Assembly: GCA_977017645.1 (NCBI GenBank)
Contig: OZ360243.1
Coordinates: 51,026,001 to 51,090,000, forward strand
Source of the DNA: Torpedo marmorata
Taxonomy: Eukaryota
Direction: 5' to 3'
DNA length: 64,000 bases
The translations under genes were made by a program, and so were the position numbers. Each line of letters starts with the position of its first letter. Positions within the stretch are counted from its first letter, which is position 1. Shown here piece by piece: positions 27,160-38,892 of this stretch. Under the pieces are notes generated by a model that saw only the letters and a program-made list of their open reading frames with translations, ran no database searches and was not told the DNA's origin.

Positions 27160-28000
27160 TAAGAATGTAGATGGCATGATTTTGCAGATGAGACCAACAT
27201 TGGTGGTGTAGTGAACAGATAGTCTAAGGTTACATCAGAGATACTTGGAGAGGAATGGCAGGTGGAATTTAACTTAGACTAATGCAAGGGATTGCATTTT
27301 GGGAAGTTAAACCAAGACAGAATATACACAGTGAATGGCAGGGCCCTGGGGATTGTTGCCGAAGAGAGAGATCTAGTTCTCTGATAGTGAAAACACAGGA
27401 AGGCAGGGTGTGAAGAAGGTGTATGATATGCTTCCCTTCATTAGTTGTGGCATTGATTACAAGAGTTGCGATGTCATGCTATAGTTATGTAAAATATTGG
27501 TTATTCTGCACTGGAGTAGTATGTGCATTTCTGGTCACCACCCTCTAGGAAGGATGTGATTAAGTCAGAGGGGGGAGAAAAATTCACAAGGATGTGGTTT
27601 GGAATGGATGATTTGAATTGTAAGGAGAGATTGAACAGGTTGGGACTATATTCCCTGGAGCGAAGGCAGCTGAGAGATGGTATGCTACAGCTGTATTAAA
27701 TTATGCGAGGCATAGACAGAACAGAGAATTACAGTCTTTTACCCAGGGTAGGGAAGTCTAAAACTAGAGTGTATGGGGTTAAGTTGAGAGGGGAAAGGTC
27801 GAAAGAGGATTTAATGAGCAAGTTTTTCGCATAGACTGGTGGGTATATAGAAAGTGCTGCCAGAAGGGGTGATAGAGGCAGGTACCATGACAACATATAA
27901 ACTTTCCGATAGGTGCATGGGCAGGAAAGGTATTGAGGGGTATCTTGGTTGGCATGGAAAAGTGTGCTGCAGGGCATGTTTCCCTGCGTTATAACTCTAA
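27160..28000 (+). mobile_element. CR1-type LINE fragment (degenerate)
   Basis: Remnants of FAD.T.IGG, W..EFN..KC...HFG, LE...FWSP..RKD and SKTR. Confidence 0.8.
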
Positions 28001-28379
28001 GAAACCTATCTATCCCTCCCTCACTCTCTCTACAACTTAAAGCTAATTTGTTTCCTAATTTTCCAAATCTGATGAAGGGTATTTGACCCGAATTGTTAAC
28101 TCTGTTTCTCCTTTCAATGTTGCTGCCGGATCCACGAGTACTCCCAGCATTTTCTGATTTTATTCTCTTTGTTCTGCATTATCACAAAAATTACACTAAG
28201 AACTCATGGGTCTAGACCACAACCACACCTTCCCCACCCACGTTTAAAATATTTTAATTTCTAACTTTTCTAGTTCTGATTTTCTATCTGAAACGTTAAC
28301 TCTGTCTCTCCGCAAGTGACCTGTTGACTATTTCCAGCATTTTTAGCTTTATTTCAGATGTCCAACATCATTGCAAGGT

Positions 28380-28800
28380 TTTTTTCAATTCGCAGCAATG
28401 CCTCCAACCTCTCTGCTGCTCAGTCGCGAACTTTATCGCTATATTACACTGCCAGTACTGCTTTCTCACCGCACTCCTTGCATAACTCTGCGCAATCTCC
28501 CTGTGCAGCACCCTTTCCCCAGTCCGCGTCGCTGTTCCGATGTTGTGGCTGTGCCCGCTGTTGCTGGCTCTGGGCCCCAGCCTGGCCTTTGCTGGGAGCC
28601 CCGGGGTGGTGCTGTTCCTGGCCGATGACCTTGGATACGGAGATCTCGGCTGCTTCGGCCACCCAAGTTCCCGCACTCCCCATCTGGACCGGCTTGCAGC
28701 ATCGGGCCGGAGGTTCAGCGACTTCTACAGCGCATCCAGCGTCTGCAGCCCATCTCGGTGAGGATGGGGCAGCGGGTTGGGCCGAGTGTTGGTCGACTTC
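28380..28800 (+). promoter_or_regulatory. CpG-rich region around the ARSA first coding exon (putative promoter/5' UTR)
   Basis: Local rise in GC and CpG relative to AT-rich flanks, not explained by a repeat; TSS not determined. Confidence 0.5.
28540..28757 (+). CDS. ARSA: Arylsulfatase A coding exon 1
   Basis: Signal peptide [31 protein letters not shown], and the formylglycine motif C69-SPSR; 218 nt; donor CG|GTGAGG. Confidence 0.97.
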
Positions 28801-29341
28801 ATGTATTCAAATAATCTTTTGCGCTACTTCAAAGCCCTGCGAAACCTGGATTTAACTCTTCCAGTATTGCAACCCCCTCTGCTGCATGGGAATGTGACAA
28901 TCTTTCATGATGAATCAACAAAAATTGCAATCTTGTGCAAATCCATCTGCTCTGACGTTCTCCAACCCAAGGAGATGATCCCATCTGCACCAGAACATCC
29001 AACCAAGCACTATCCCACAATTAAGGACCAGATCTGACCAGGACTGTCCAGTAGGATTTGAACCTTACAGGATGTAACCTTCTGGGGTTGTAAAGTTCCC
29101 ACTGGACCAAAAACTAAAATCAAAAGATGCGAAAGCACTATCAAACTAGCTACGTGGTCAGAAATGTTTCACCCACACATTGCTTCTCAAACGATTAACG
29201 TTTGACTCCTGATTTTCACCATTGTTGGTGACTTCACCCTGGATTCGTGCCATGTTGCTAAATATTTTAAAAGAAAAATCTAGTGCAGGTACTTACTTTT
29301 ACATTGATTGATAATTCCCATGTTCTGCCTCTTCCTTTTAG

Positions 29342-29801
29342 GGCAGCCTTGCTCACAGGCCGTTACCCAACGCGGTCAGGAATTTTTCCAGGCGTGTTCA
29401 ACCCCAGGTCAAAGGGCGGACTTCCACTGAATGAAACTACGATTGCAGAGTTGCTGAAGCAGCGAGGATATGTCACCGCAATGGTGGGGAAGTGGCACTT
29501 GGGCTATGGACTAAATGGGACCTACCTACCCATCCACCAGGGTTTTGATGAATTCTTGGGTGTGCCATACTCCCATGACCAGGGTCCCTGCCAGAACCTG
29601 ACTTGTTTTCCACCAGACACCAAGTGCTATGGCAAGTGTGATCAAGGTGTGGTCCTCTTGCCCCTGGTCAAGAATAATAAGGTGGTCCAACAGCCAGTCA
29701 ACCTTCCCATGCTCACTCCAATGTACAATTACTTTGCAAGAGACTTCATTCTAAGAGCAGCAAAACAGCAAAAACCATTCTTCCTTTACTATGCATCACA
29801 T
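29342..29801 (+). CDS. ARSA: Arylsulfatase A coding exon 2 (equals human exons 2+3)
   Basis: Acceptor TTTTAG; [40 protein letters not shown]; donor CAT|GTGAGT; 460 nt. Confidence 0.97.
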
Positions 29802-29974
29802 GTGAGTAGCGTACCATTGTAGCTTATGGCAAAATTTCCTCCGGGGCTGACCAACATCTACAAGGCTTGCCTTTCTTTTCCTCTCAACCAGCCTTACAAC
29901 ACTCTGAGATCTCTGGAATGCATCAGTTCTGTCATCTTGTGTTTGTTTGATTTTCATCTGTGCAAATTAAATTG

Positions 29975-30440
29975 AATTGAATTGTTCATTGTGATGAGTA
30001 CCCAGGGACAGTGAAAAGCTTTGTTTTACGTAATATCCAGGCAAGCCAACTCGAACTTAAATAGAGCAGGGTAGAATAGTAAAGCAAGAGTGCAGGGTGT
30101 AATGGTACAGTAAAAGTGGGTATAGAGTTACACGGACTGTGCAAGGCATAAAGAAAAGTGCAGTTAAAACAGTGCAAGGGAATTATCTTTTCAAAATGAG
30201 ATGTCCACTTAAGTCCGATAACAGCGGGAAAGGCATTATCCTCGAATCTGGAGGTTCATGTTTTCAAGCTCCTGTATCTTCTGCCCGATGAAAGTGGGGG
30301 GGTGGGGGAGAGAAAAGAGTCTGAGAAAAGAGATGGGTCTTTTAATCTGTTGACAGTTTTCCAGAGGCAGAGGGAGGTATAGACAGAGTTGATGGAGGGG
30401 AGGTAGATTTGCGTGATGATCTGAGTTGCGTTCACAACTG
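29975..30440 (-). mobile_element. Rex-Babar-like LINE 3' remnant in ARSA intron 2
   Basis: ORF 30256-30534 ends LSSGRRYRSLKT; (AATTG)n tail at ~29970-29985. Confidence 0.6.
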
Positions 30441-31106
30441 GCTGCTCTTCCTTCAGTTGCTGAGCCCCTGAACTCTGGAATTCTTCCCCACTTACCTGGC
30501 GTCCAGCAAGCTGTGTTAAACCTACTTTCACCAAATGTTTAATTTCTCTCCCAATATCTCTTGATCAACGTGGCATCAATCTTTGTCTGATAATGCCCTT
30601 GCAAATAGATATTAGAAATTTGGATTGGAGAATCAATAGAGTTTTGGTTTAGCTGCCAGTGAATGCTTGTAATAATGCTGTCTTCTTTGTTACCCTGTGC
30701 AATGAGGAACAGCTATATCAGAGTGCTGAAACCATCTTTTGAGGCCAGGCTGTGGGATAAATGTGAATCAGCTGAGAAGAGTATTTACTCTGCCTGTAGC
30801 CTGAGTTCCACCTACTGGCAAAATGTTATTAAAAAACAAATTCATTGTACAATTCTACTGTATGACCTGCTTTGAACCCATCTTTTTGTTCTCTTAGTAC
30901 TCTACAGGTCTATGTCCAAGGGAACCACAGTGCACCAAGTCATGTGCAATTAGTGGGCGGAGTATTTCACACTACACCCAGCAACTCGCCAGTATTCTCT
31001 TCGGATGCTGAGGCTTGATAAAGGGAACGTGTGCGGGTAAAATTCATCAAAGGATCTGGGCCGCCACTGTAACAGCAGACCTAATTTTACATTCTTTTGT
31101 TTGCAG

Positions 31107-31276
31107 CATACTCATTATCCACAATTTGCAAGTGCAGGTTTTACAAGAAAGTCTGAGAGGGGTCCACTGGGGGACGCACTAATGGAATTTGATGGTTCGG
31201 TCGGGCAGATAATGAAAGCTTTACATGATGCCGGAGTGGAGAATAACACATTTATCTTCTTCACCAGTGACAATGG
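31107..31276 (+). CDS. ARSA: Arylsulfatase A coding exon 3
   Basis: TTGCAG|HTHYPQFAS..RGPLGDALMEFD..FFTSDNG|GTACGG; 170 nt. Confidence 0.97.
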
Positions 31277-32363
31277 GTACGGTGAATTAGAAATACACAG
31301 TTTTGTTGTGTGTCTGAAATTTGTTAGAATATGCAGGTCACTTTTATTTCTACTTCTCCTTATTCATTTCTAAGAATCTGGTAATTGCTGGCAGGGCCAG
31401 AACTTATTTTCATTAGAGGTCTTGCAGGCTATTTTGAGAACAATAGCAGTCAAGCAGTTTATTACAACAACTATTCTGCTGAACTGTTTCTGGGGCAGGT
31501 AAGTGGTTCACCTCATGGTTGTGTGATTGGAATTAATGCTGCCTGCACAAAATCCTTCAAACCCACTGCAGAGGTGAACAAACCAATGTCATTGTCCTCT
31601 TCCAGACAAACATCCTCAGCAACAAAGCCTTAATACTCAAATCAGCTCCATTGGGAGACCATACCATTCACATCTCAAATACCAGATGCCTGAAACAGAC
31701 ACACCATTAAAAGTTTTGTCACAGGAAAAAAATTACCAAGTGAACATAAGGAACGATTCAAGGATGTGGTCAAAGTCTCCTTTAAAAAAAAATGCAAAAT
31801 GCCCACTGACTGCAGAAAATCTCTGGTCATTATCACTCATGGTGTACAAGGAGCACATGGAATTTCAATGGACCAACACCTCCTGCCCCATCTATTACCA
31901 CTCTGTGTCCCACACATGTCCCGATGATCAGCTCAGAACCCACAGAACGGAAGTGTAAACTGATCATCCTCAATTGCCCAGCAAAGTCCAGAGCAAGCAG
32001 GAACATACGACAAGAAATCAGTTCAGTTGTTCACGAAAGTCAAATTTCCTCAATGTTTTTAATGGACCAGCCTTTAATTTCCTTGAACACGTTTTCTAAG
32101 AATGATGTTCAGAAATGATTTGGTTTGTCAATCTATTGCCACAAAGCGTTCTCAGTTGATGTGGAGTGAGCCTTACTTTATATTAGACCTGTTTTATACA
32201 ACGCGCAATAGGACAGAGTAGAGAGAATTAGAGACTGATCTAGCCCACATTTAACGTACCTTGAGAGTGTCAAGAACCTAAATACTGGTTGTTTCAGGAG
32301 AGTTGTCCTGTCTAAGGTGTTATCGTAGTAGTAAGACTCTATAACTGACTTGTTCTTTTTCAG

Positions 32364-32488
32364 CCCAGAGCTGATGCGACGATCACGTGGAGGAAACGCG
32401 GGGCTGCTGAAGTGTGGAAAAGGCACCACATATGAAGGAGGAATGAGGGAACCTGCGATTGCCTACTGGCCTGGTCAGATTACTCCAG
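32364..32488 (+). CDS. ARSA: Arylsulfatase A coding exon 4
   Basis: TTTCAG|[41 protein letters not shown]|GTCTGC; 125 nt. Confidence 0.97.
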
Positions 32489-32554
32489 GTCTGCCATTCC
32501 TGGACTTAAATATTGTTTATGCTCCTAGCTTGAACACATAATCTTACTGTAAAC

Positions 32555-33047
32555 CGATGCTATTGAGACGGTACAGAGAAGATTTAAAAGGATGCTGTCT
32601 GGATTGGAAAGCATGCCTAATGAGGACAGGTTGAGTGAATTTGGTATTTTCTCCTTGGAGTGATGGAGAATGAGGGGTGACCTGATAGAGGTGTACAAGA
32701 TGATGAGAGGCATTGATCGTGTGGATGGCCAGAGGCTTTTTCCCAGGACTGAAATGCCTAACACAAGGGGGCATAGTTTTAAGGTGCTTGGGAGTAAGTA
32801 CAAGGGGGAATGAAAGAGATGTTTTTCACACAAAGTATGGTGGGTGCATGGAATGCACTGCCAGCAACGGTGGAGGATGTAGGTACAAAAGGATCTTTTA
32901 AGAGACTATTAGATAGGTGCATGGAACAGAGAAAAATTGAGGGTTATGCAGTGGAGAAATTCTGGGCAGTGGTTAAGAGTAGGATATTAGGTCGGCTCAA
33001 TACTGGGCCGAAAGGCCTGTACTGTGCTGTAGATTTCTATGTTCTAA
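32555..33047 (+). mobile_element. CR1-type LINE 3' fragment
   Basis: RMRGDLIEVYKMMRGIDRVD, FFTQSMVGAWNALP and a 3' end GGGCCGAAAGGCCTGTACTGTGCTGTA. Confidence 0.85.
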
Positions 33048-33657
33048 CCCAGATCCCATTAAGAGATTGTCTCAGTCAGGATTCCGTTCAACCTCTGACA
33101 GGTTCATTAACCAAAGCAATAGTTAGGAGTTCAGTGTTTGATCTGTACCTCGACTTCACTTGCTCTTTTTGCCCCAGATTTCTAGAAAATAAAAACATCT
33201 TGATTTCGACTTCCAGCATATTGTCCTTTTGGTGGAAAGAGAGTTCTGAATTTTCGTTAACCGTTAGCTGCTTGATTTCACCCCTACATGGCCTGGCCCC
33301 AATTTTAAAATTATACTTACTTGAATTCTACACCTAAACAAATCATTTCTCTCATCAGTAGATTACTATTAATTCCTTTCAATAATCTGAAGACCTTGAT
33401 TAGATTAGCACCCATTTTCCCATAAGATTTTACCTTCATTTATTTCTTGGAAGCATCCATTTTTAATGTGTTTATTAATATGCACATTCATACTAAATGC
33501 TTCTCTACATATAATGAACAGACATGTAATCATGATTGATTTAACTGGGGAGGGTGGGATTGAGCTAAATGTTTTTCAAAAATAGCTCCTGGCCTTTAAT
33601 GATACGTAATAGGAAAGGTACCCCTTTCAGAAAGTAATGATGTTCTTTGCTCTACAG

Positions 33658-33785
33658 GTCTGACCCACGAGCTGGCCAGCACCTTGGACATCCTGCCGAC
33701 AATTGCCAGCCTCACAGGTGCAAAGCTTCCACACATCAAACTCGATGGATACGACATGAGTGATATCCTCTTCAATAACGGGAAG
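33658..33785 (+). CDS. ARSA: Arylsulfatase A coding exon 5
   Basis: CTACAG|[42 protein letters not shown]|GTACAG; 128 nt. Confidence 0.97.
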
Positions 33786-33800
33786 GTACAGGTCATTATA

Positions 33801-34501
33801 CAGAAAAACCCCTGGTATCCGGCACCTATGGAGATTGGTGTATGTGTATTTTCCGGTTGCTTGAGACTTACTCTTACAATGCCTAATACACCTGCATTAA
33901 GAATAAACAATTTAAAAGACAATTTAAAATACTATACTGTACTTATACTGAACAAGCTTCACTTGCAAGAATATATAAACCTTGAAGCATTTTACTTTAT
34001 TTTCAGTGACATTCTTTGAAAACATTTAACCGTCACTGAATCTGCAGGTTCTTCCCCCTCCACGGAGCCGCCCGAAGGACGAACAATAACATTATAGATA
34101 ATTAACCCACCCCTCCCCCAAGTTTACAGATAAAGCCTCTGACCGGGGCCACTCTTACTAAGCAGGGATAAGGAGAACTTTAAGAGAGTCACCCCAACAG
34201 TGAGTGGCATCAACCAGCTCTTCACCCTGAGCGACGCCATTGCTGTTTCACACAACTTTATTCAAACAGCTGCTACGAGCAAACCACGACCAAGGCACAC
34301 CGCTGGCTGAATATTTGCTCCCACCTTCAAATGTTTATGCGTTACTTCAGAGAACATTTACTTTTGCAATTTTAAACTTGCGTATTTTACCTATTATTTT
34401 ATTCTTATTTATTTTAATTTTTTTATTTATTTTCCTCAATTTTTTTTCTGGTTGCTTGAAGCTGCCGGTTGCTTCAATTCCAGATACCAGGGGTTTTACT
34501 G
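33801..34501. mobile_element. Tigger/pogo-like MITE
   Basis: TIRs CAGAAAAACCCCTGGTATCCGG and CCAGATACCAGGGGTTTTACTG, with TA on both sides. Confidence 0.85.
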
Positions 34502-34714
34502 TATCTCAGACTGTAAACGTATCCCATGTCTCAGTATTCAACTCATGGATCATTTCTTCCTGTTTTAAATCTTTGTAAGAAATTGGGCTTACTTTCCCAG
34601 CTTCCCCATTCCAGAACTTTACACAGAAGTCTAAGAGGAGACGTTAAAGTGAGCCCTCTTAAGTCAGTGTAAATAAAGGAACCCACTGCCGTCTTGAAAA
34701 AGGGCCCGGAGTTT

Positions 34715-36750
34715 AAGAACATACGAAAGAGGAGTAGGCTATTTGGCCCTTTCAATCTTGCCTTTCAACAAGATTATGTCTATTCTATGACCTTAAACTC
34801 TTATTTGCTTTCCCTATCCTTGTGCATTCTGATTTCTAAAATATACCAAAATCTTTGAAGAAGGTGTATGGGACAAAAAAAATGTTTTATCACAGAAAGT
34901 GGTAATATGCCTAGAATGGGCTTCTAGATAAACACATGAATATGCAGAGAATGGAGGGATATAGATCACGTGCAAGCAGAAAAGATTTAGTTTAATCTGG
35001 CATCGTGTTCAGCGCAGACATCATGACCAAAGGGCTTGCTCCTGCACTGTTCTGTGTTCTATTGATCTCCATTTTGAATGCAATCACCAATGACTGAACC
35101 TCCACAGCTCTTCAGGGGAAGGAAATTCTGAAGATTCAACACCCGCTCGATGAAGAAATTTCTTATTTCAGACTTAAATGGCCAACCTTTAATTTTGAGA
35201 CTTTGACCCTAGTCCTAATCACTTTAGCTGGAGAAACCTACAAACTCAGAATTAGTACTTTTGGTGCTCAGCCAAATTGTTGATATCGATTTGGAATACT
35301 GTAGTTGGAGCCCATGGTACAGCTCTGGTACCTCATCTGTCATGTCCTGGCCACCTGAGAAGAACCATTTATTCTTACTCATCACTTTTGCCCTATTAAT
35401 CAACTTTCAATCCACACTAGTATATTACCCATAATACCGTGTACTCTAATCTTCTATGTCAGCCTTCCATGTGGGTCCTTATCAAAGCCTTCTGAAAATT
35501 CAAATACTGTATACCACATTGACTGGTTTCCACTCAACTGGTCCATCCTCAAAAAATAAATCAATGGATTAGTCAAACATGATTTCCCTTTCATAAATCC
35601 AGCTTGAATAAATTCAGTCTTTTTCAAGTGCCTTCATAATCACATACTTCACTGCAGATTCCAGCATTTCCCTCATGAAGTATGTGATTATGAATGTCAA
35701 GCTAACGGGTTGTTAGTTCCCTGTTGTATCTCTCCTTCCTTTCTTCTGTAGCAGGATCATATTTGGTGCCCTCCGATCTGCAGAAAATATTCCAGAATCT
35801 ATAGAATTTTCCAGAATGTAGATCATCAGCCTCTTGCAATTTATCAAGCTTACTAACCTAAATAGTTTTACTATGATTAATTTTCTTTATTTCTGTGAAG
35901 ACAAAGTACTTATTTGATCCTTTTGCTATTTTATATACCCCATTATAAATTCTCCAATTTATGTGTGTAAGGTACATACACATTCGCATACACATTTTGT
36001 TCATTTTTACATACCAAATACAAACTTTCCCAGTCCACTTCGACATTTCTTGCTAGTTTACTGTTATTCCATTTTCCCTTCCTTTATCAATTGCTTGATT
36101 GTGTGTTGACTTTTAAAAGGCTCATTATCCTTAAGCCAACTTTTTCATGGTAACTTACTCTTGATTTAAAATCATCTTTATGTTGCATGCCTGCATCAAT
36201 TTTCTGTTGTATTTTTGTGATTTCTTTTTCAAATTATACTTTATATCTTTAAATGTTAGTCATGGACAAGCTTCTAAACTACTCTTTCATGTTGTTTCCC
36301 AGTCCAGCACATCCAATCTGTCCTTCATGGCTTCCTTTATTTAAATTGTGATCCGCAGGTTCAGAACTGCAAAACTTTCAAACTACGTTAAATTCTGGCA
36401 CTCTTTCCTCGGGACCTCTTTACAGCTCAATATTTTTCATTATACTAGATCTGTTATTGACTATTCCCTTGTCAGTCCTCAACATACTAATCTCCAAATG
36501 CAACGAGTGCACAAATTCACCTTCTGCATTGTTCGAATTACTGAAATTGATTTGCCCAGTCTGTATGCGGCAATGTTATAAGCAGTTCTTATTGCCTTAT
36601 TCATATTGTACCCTGCATATTATTCAGAGACCTCTAAACAACTCCCAGATATTTTCTGCCTTCTGATGCTTCTTAGTTCCTCCCAAATTCATTCTAATTC
36701 TCAACATGATTTGTTGAATTAAGATCCCTTTTAACTGTTGTAATGATGTC
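34715..36750 (-). mobile_element. Old CR1-type LINE remnant(s), with a + strand CR1 3' piece at ~34860-35062
   Basis: Reverse-strand CR1 hallmarks (DFQKA.DK.PH.RL near 35460-35500; QHGF..GKSCLTN near 35565-35605). Confidence 0.6.
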
Positions 36751-37079
36751 ATGTTTTATTAACTCCTATACTTTATGAATCTTTGTATTTTAATTCATAC
36801 ACCTTGAGGCAGATATTATGTGATTTTGGCATTTAGTGCCTTTAAATCAGGGAAGTACTGCCAGATGTCCTTGCCAATTTAATCATGGGATCAACATCAG
36901 ATGATCTTGTTTCTAGCTCATTGTTGTGTGCAGGGTCCTGCTGTGCCTGGATTAGCTGCTGATTCAAAATTGCTTCATTGGCTGCAAACATTTGGTATGA
37001 CTGAGGAGATGCAAGGTTGCTCAGGGCAGTGGCTGTCAATTACCACTGACCACCGAGATTGCAGGTCAGCGGCAAGTTA

Positions 37080-37421
37080 CAGTAAGTCCAAAAATCCGGA
37101 TGCCAGAAATCCGAACCACCTGAGAATCTGGACTTTTGAAAAACTCTACAACTTTTTTAATTTAGCAGGCTTTTGTGTGCGTGTGTGCATGTGTAAGCGC
37201 CACAGAGGCACAGCAGCAACAAGCGACCACTTTATTTTTCTTTAAAACTACTCATTTTGATAAATGAAGCATGCTGTATTTGCATGAATAAACTATCAAA
37301 ATGTACCTGTTCATCTCTTCTTTATTCCTCAATAATTTGAATTTTAAAAGTACTGCCCGAGAATCCGGAAAATCCGAACTGACCCAATCCCCGAGCAGTC
37401 CAGATTTTCGGACTTCTACTG
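37080..37421. mobile_element. Tigger/pogo-like MITE
   Basis: TA|CAGTAAGTCCAAAAATCCGGA ... TCCAGATTTTCGGACTTCTACTG|TA; repeated AATCCG subterminal motifs. Confidence 0.8.
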
Positions 37422-37517
37422 TATATATAATGCTGAGCCTCACTGCTTTCAGACCAGCAACACCAAACATTTATTGGTGATGGCATTGATTGCTGTGTCC
37501 ATTATAATGTTTTGCAG

Positions 37518-37620
37518 AGCAAACGGGACACCATGTTTTACTATCCAGTCTCCCCCAGCAAGAAGTTGGGAGTTTTTGCTGTACGCTACAGGCAGTACAA
37601 GGCCCATTACTACACTCAAG
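37518..37620 (+). CDS. ARSA: Arylsulfatase A coding exon 6
   Basis: TTGCAG|SKRDTMFYYPVSPSKKLGVFAVRYRQYKAHYYTQG|GTAAGG; 103 nt; this frame is absent from the ORF track. Confidence 0.95.
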
Positions 37621-37911
37621 GTAAGGCAGCTTGGAGTGGACAAGCACAAAATGGGCACAAGTGACACAAACTTAGGCAGCTGAACATTTCACTGTAACTG
37701 CCATGTGAGACAAAGGCTGACGTTGAATGTGGATGACTGGTCTGTGGGAAAGAGAGTGGTATTATATGAAAATAGGCACTGTGTGAGAATGGAGAGTCAG
37801 CGCATGCAGGAGGGAATATAGCTGAAGTGGAGAGTGGCAGATGAGAGGAAGGTGAAAGTAGTGTGTGTTGAGTGATTCTGAGTGCACTGTGAAAATTGTA
37901 CTGTGTCACAG

Positions 37912-38315
37912 CAAGGGCTTTTCTCTTTGAACCGAAGAAGGATGAGAGATGTCTTAATAAAGGTTTATAAGATTATGAGAGCCATAGATAGGGTGGACAG
38001 CAAAAGGTGAACCTTTTTCCCAGGTTGAATGTAGAAGACACCAGAGGAAATCTGTATGAGGGGATGAAATTTAGGGGAGATGTCAAAAGTACGTTTTTTA
38101 ATCAGAGAGTTGTGGGTGTTTGAAATGCACTGCCAGGGATGGTGGTGGAGACTGGTACAATAGAGACATTTAAAAGACTCTGAGATAGGCACTTGGATAC
38201 AAGAAAAACAGAGGATTAAAGGGTTATGGGTGTAAGGTAGGGAAGGTTTCGTTTGTTGAGTAGGTTTCTAGCGTTCGGCACAACATCATGGGCCGAAGGG
38301 CCTGTACTGTGCTGT
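37912..38315 (+). mobile_element. CR1-type LINE 3' fragment
   Basis: GLFSL..RRMR..LIKVYKIMR, FF.QRVVG..NALP and the shared CR1/SINE 3' end. Confidence 0.8.
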
Positions 38316-38590
38316 TTTATAACCAAGAGTGGAGCTAAAGGCACAAGCAAAGGAGGGAATGTGGGCTTGAGCAAATGAGGAAGGCTGTGATTAAATGAGT
38401 GATGATGACTACAAGAGATAAAGAATGGGACAGTGGCACCATGGGAGAGAGATTTCAATGTACACATAAAACTGCAAATGAGAGGCATTCATGTTGTGAC
38501 CCATTGAGACTGATAGTCTAAAGTATTTACAATTTATTCAAGGTATTAAGTGAAAATGTTGACAGATATTTTCATTCATCCTTCCACCAG

Positions 38591-38892
38591 GTTCCCCTCA
38601 CAGTGATACTACTCCTGACCATGCCTGTCATTGGGATTCGCTACTCAGCTTTCATGACCCTCCATTGCTTTTTGACTTAGAAGCTGATCCTTCTGAGAAC
38701 TATCCCCTGAGCAGTTCTGACATTCCCAATTATAGCTGGATAATTGAGCAGATCAAGAAGCAAAAGTTGTTGTTTGAACTGGGAATGGTGTTTGGGGAAA
38801 GTCAAATTGAGAAGGGTGATGACCCAAATCTTGAACCTTGCATTAAGCCTGGGTGCAGACCCCGGCCTGCCTGCTGCATTAAAACAGGATAA
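38591..38892 (+). CDS. ARSA: Arylsulfatase A coding exon 7 (terminal)
   Basis: CACCAG|SPHSDTTPDHACH..HDPPLLFDLEADPSENYPL..DPNLEPCIKPGCRPRPACC..stop. Spliced CDS = 218+460+170+125+128+103+302 = 1506 nt (501 aa), all phases compatible. Confidence 0.97.

Noticed and set aside
28358-28855. 165-aa + strand ORF and several antisense ORFs over ARSA exon 1
   Set aside because: Shadow frames of a GC-rich exon with no recognisable motifs
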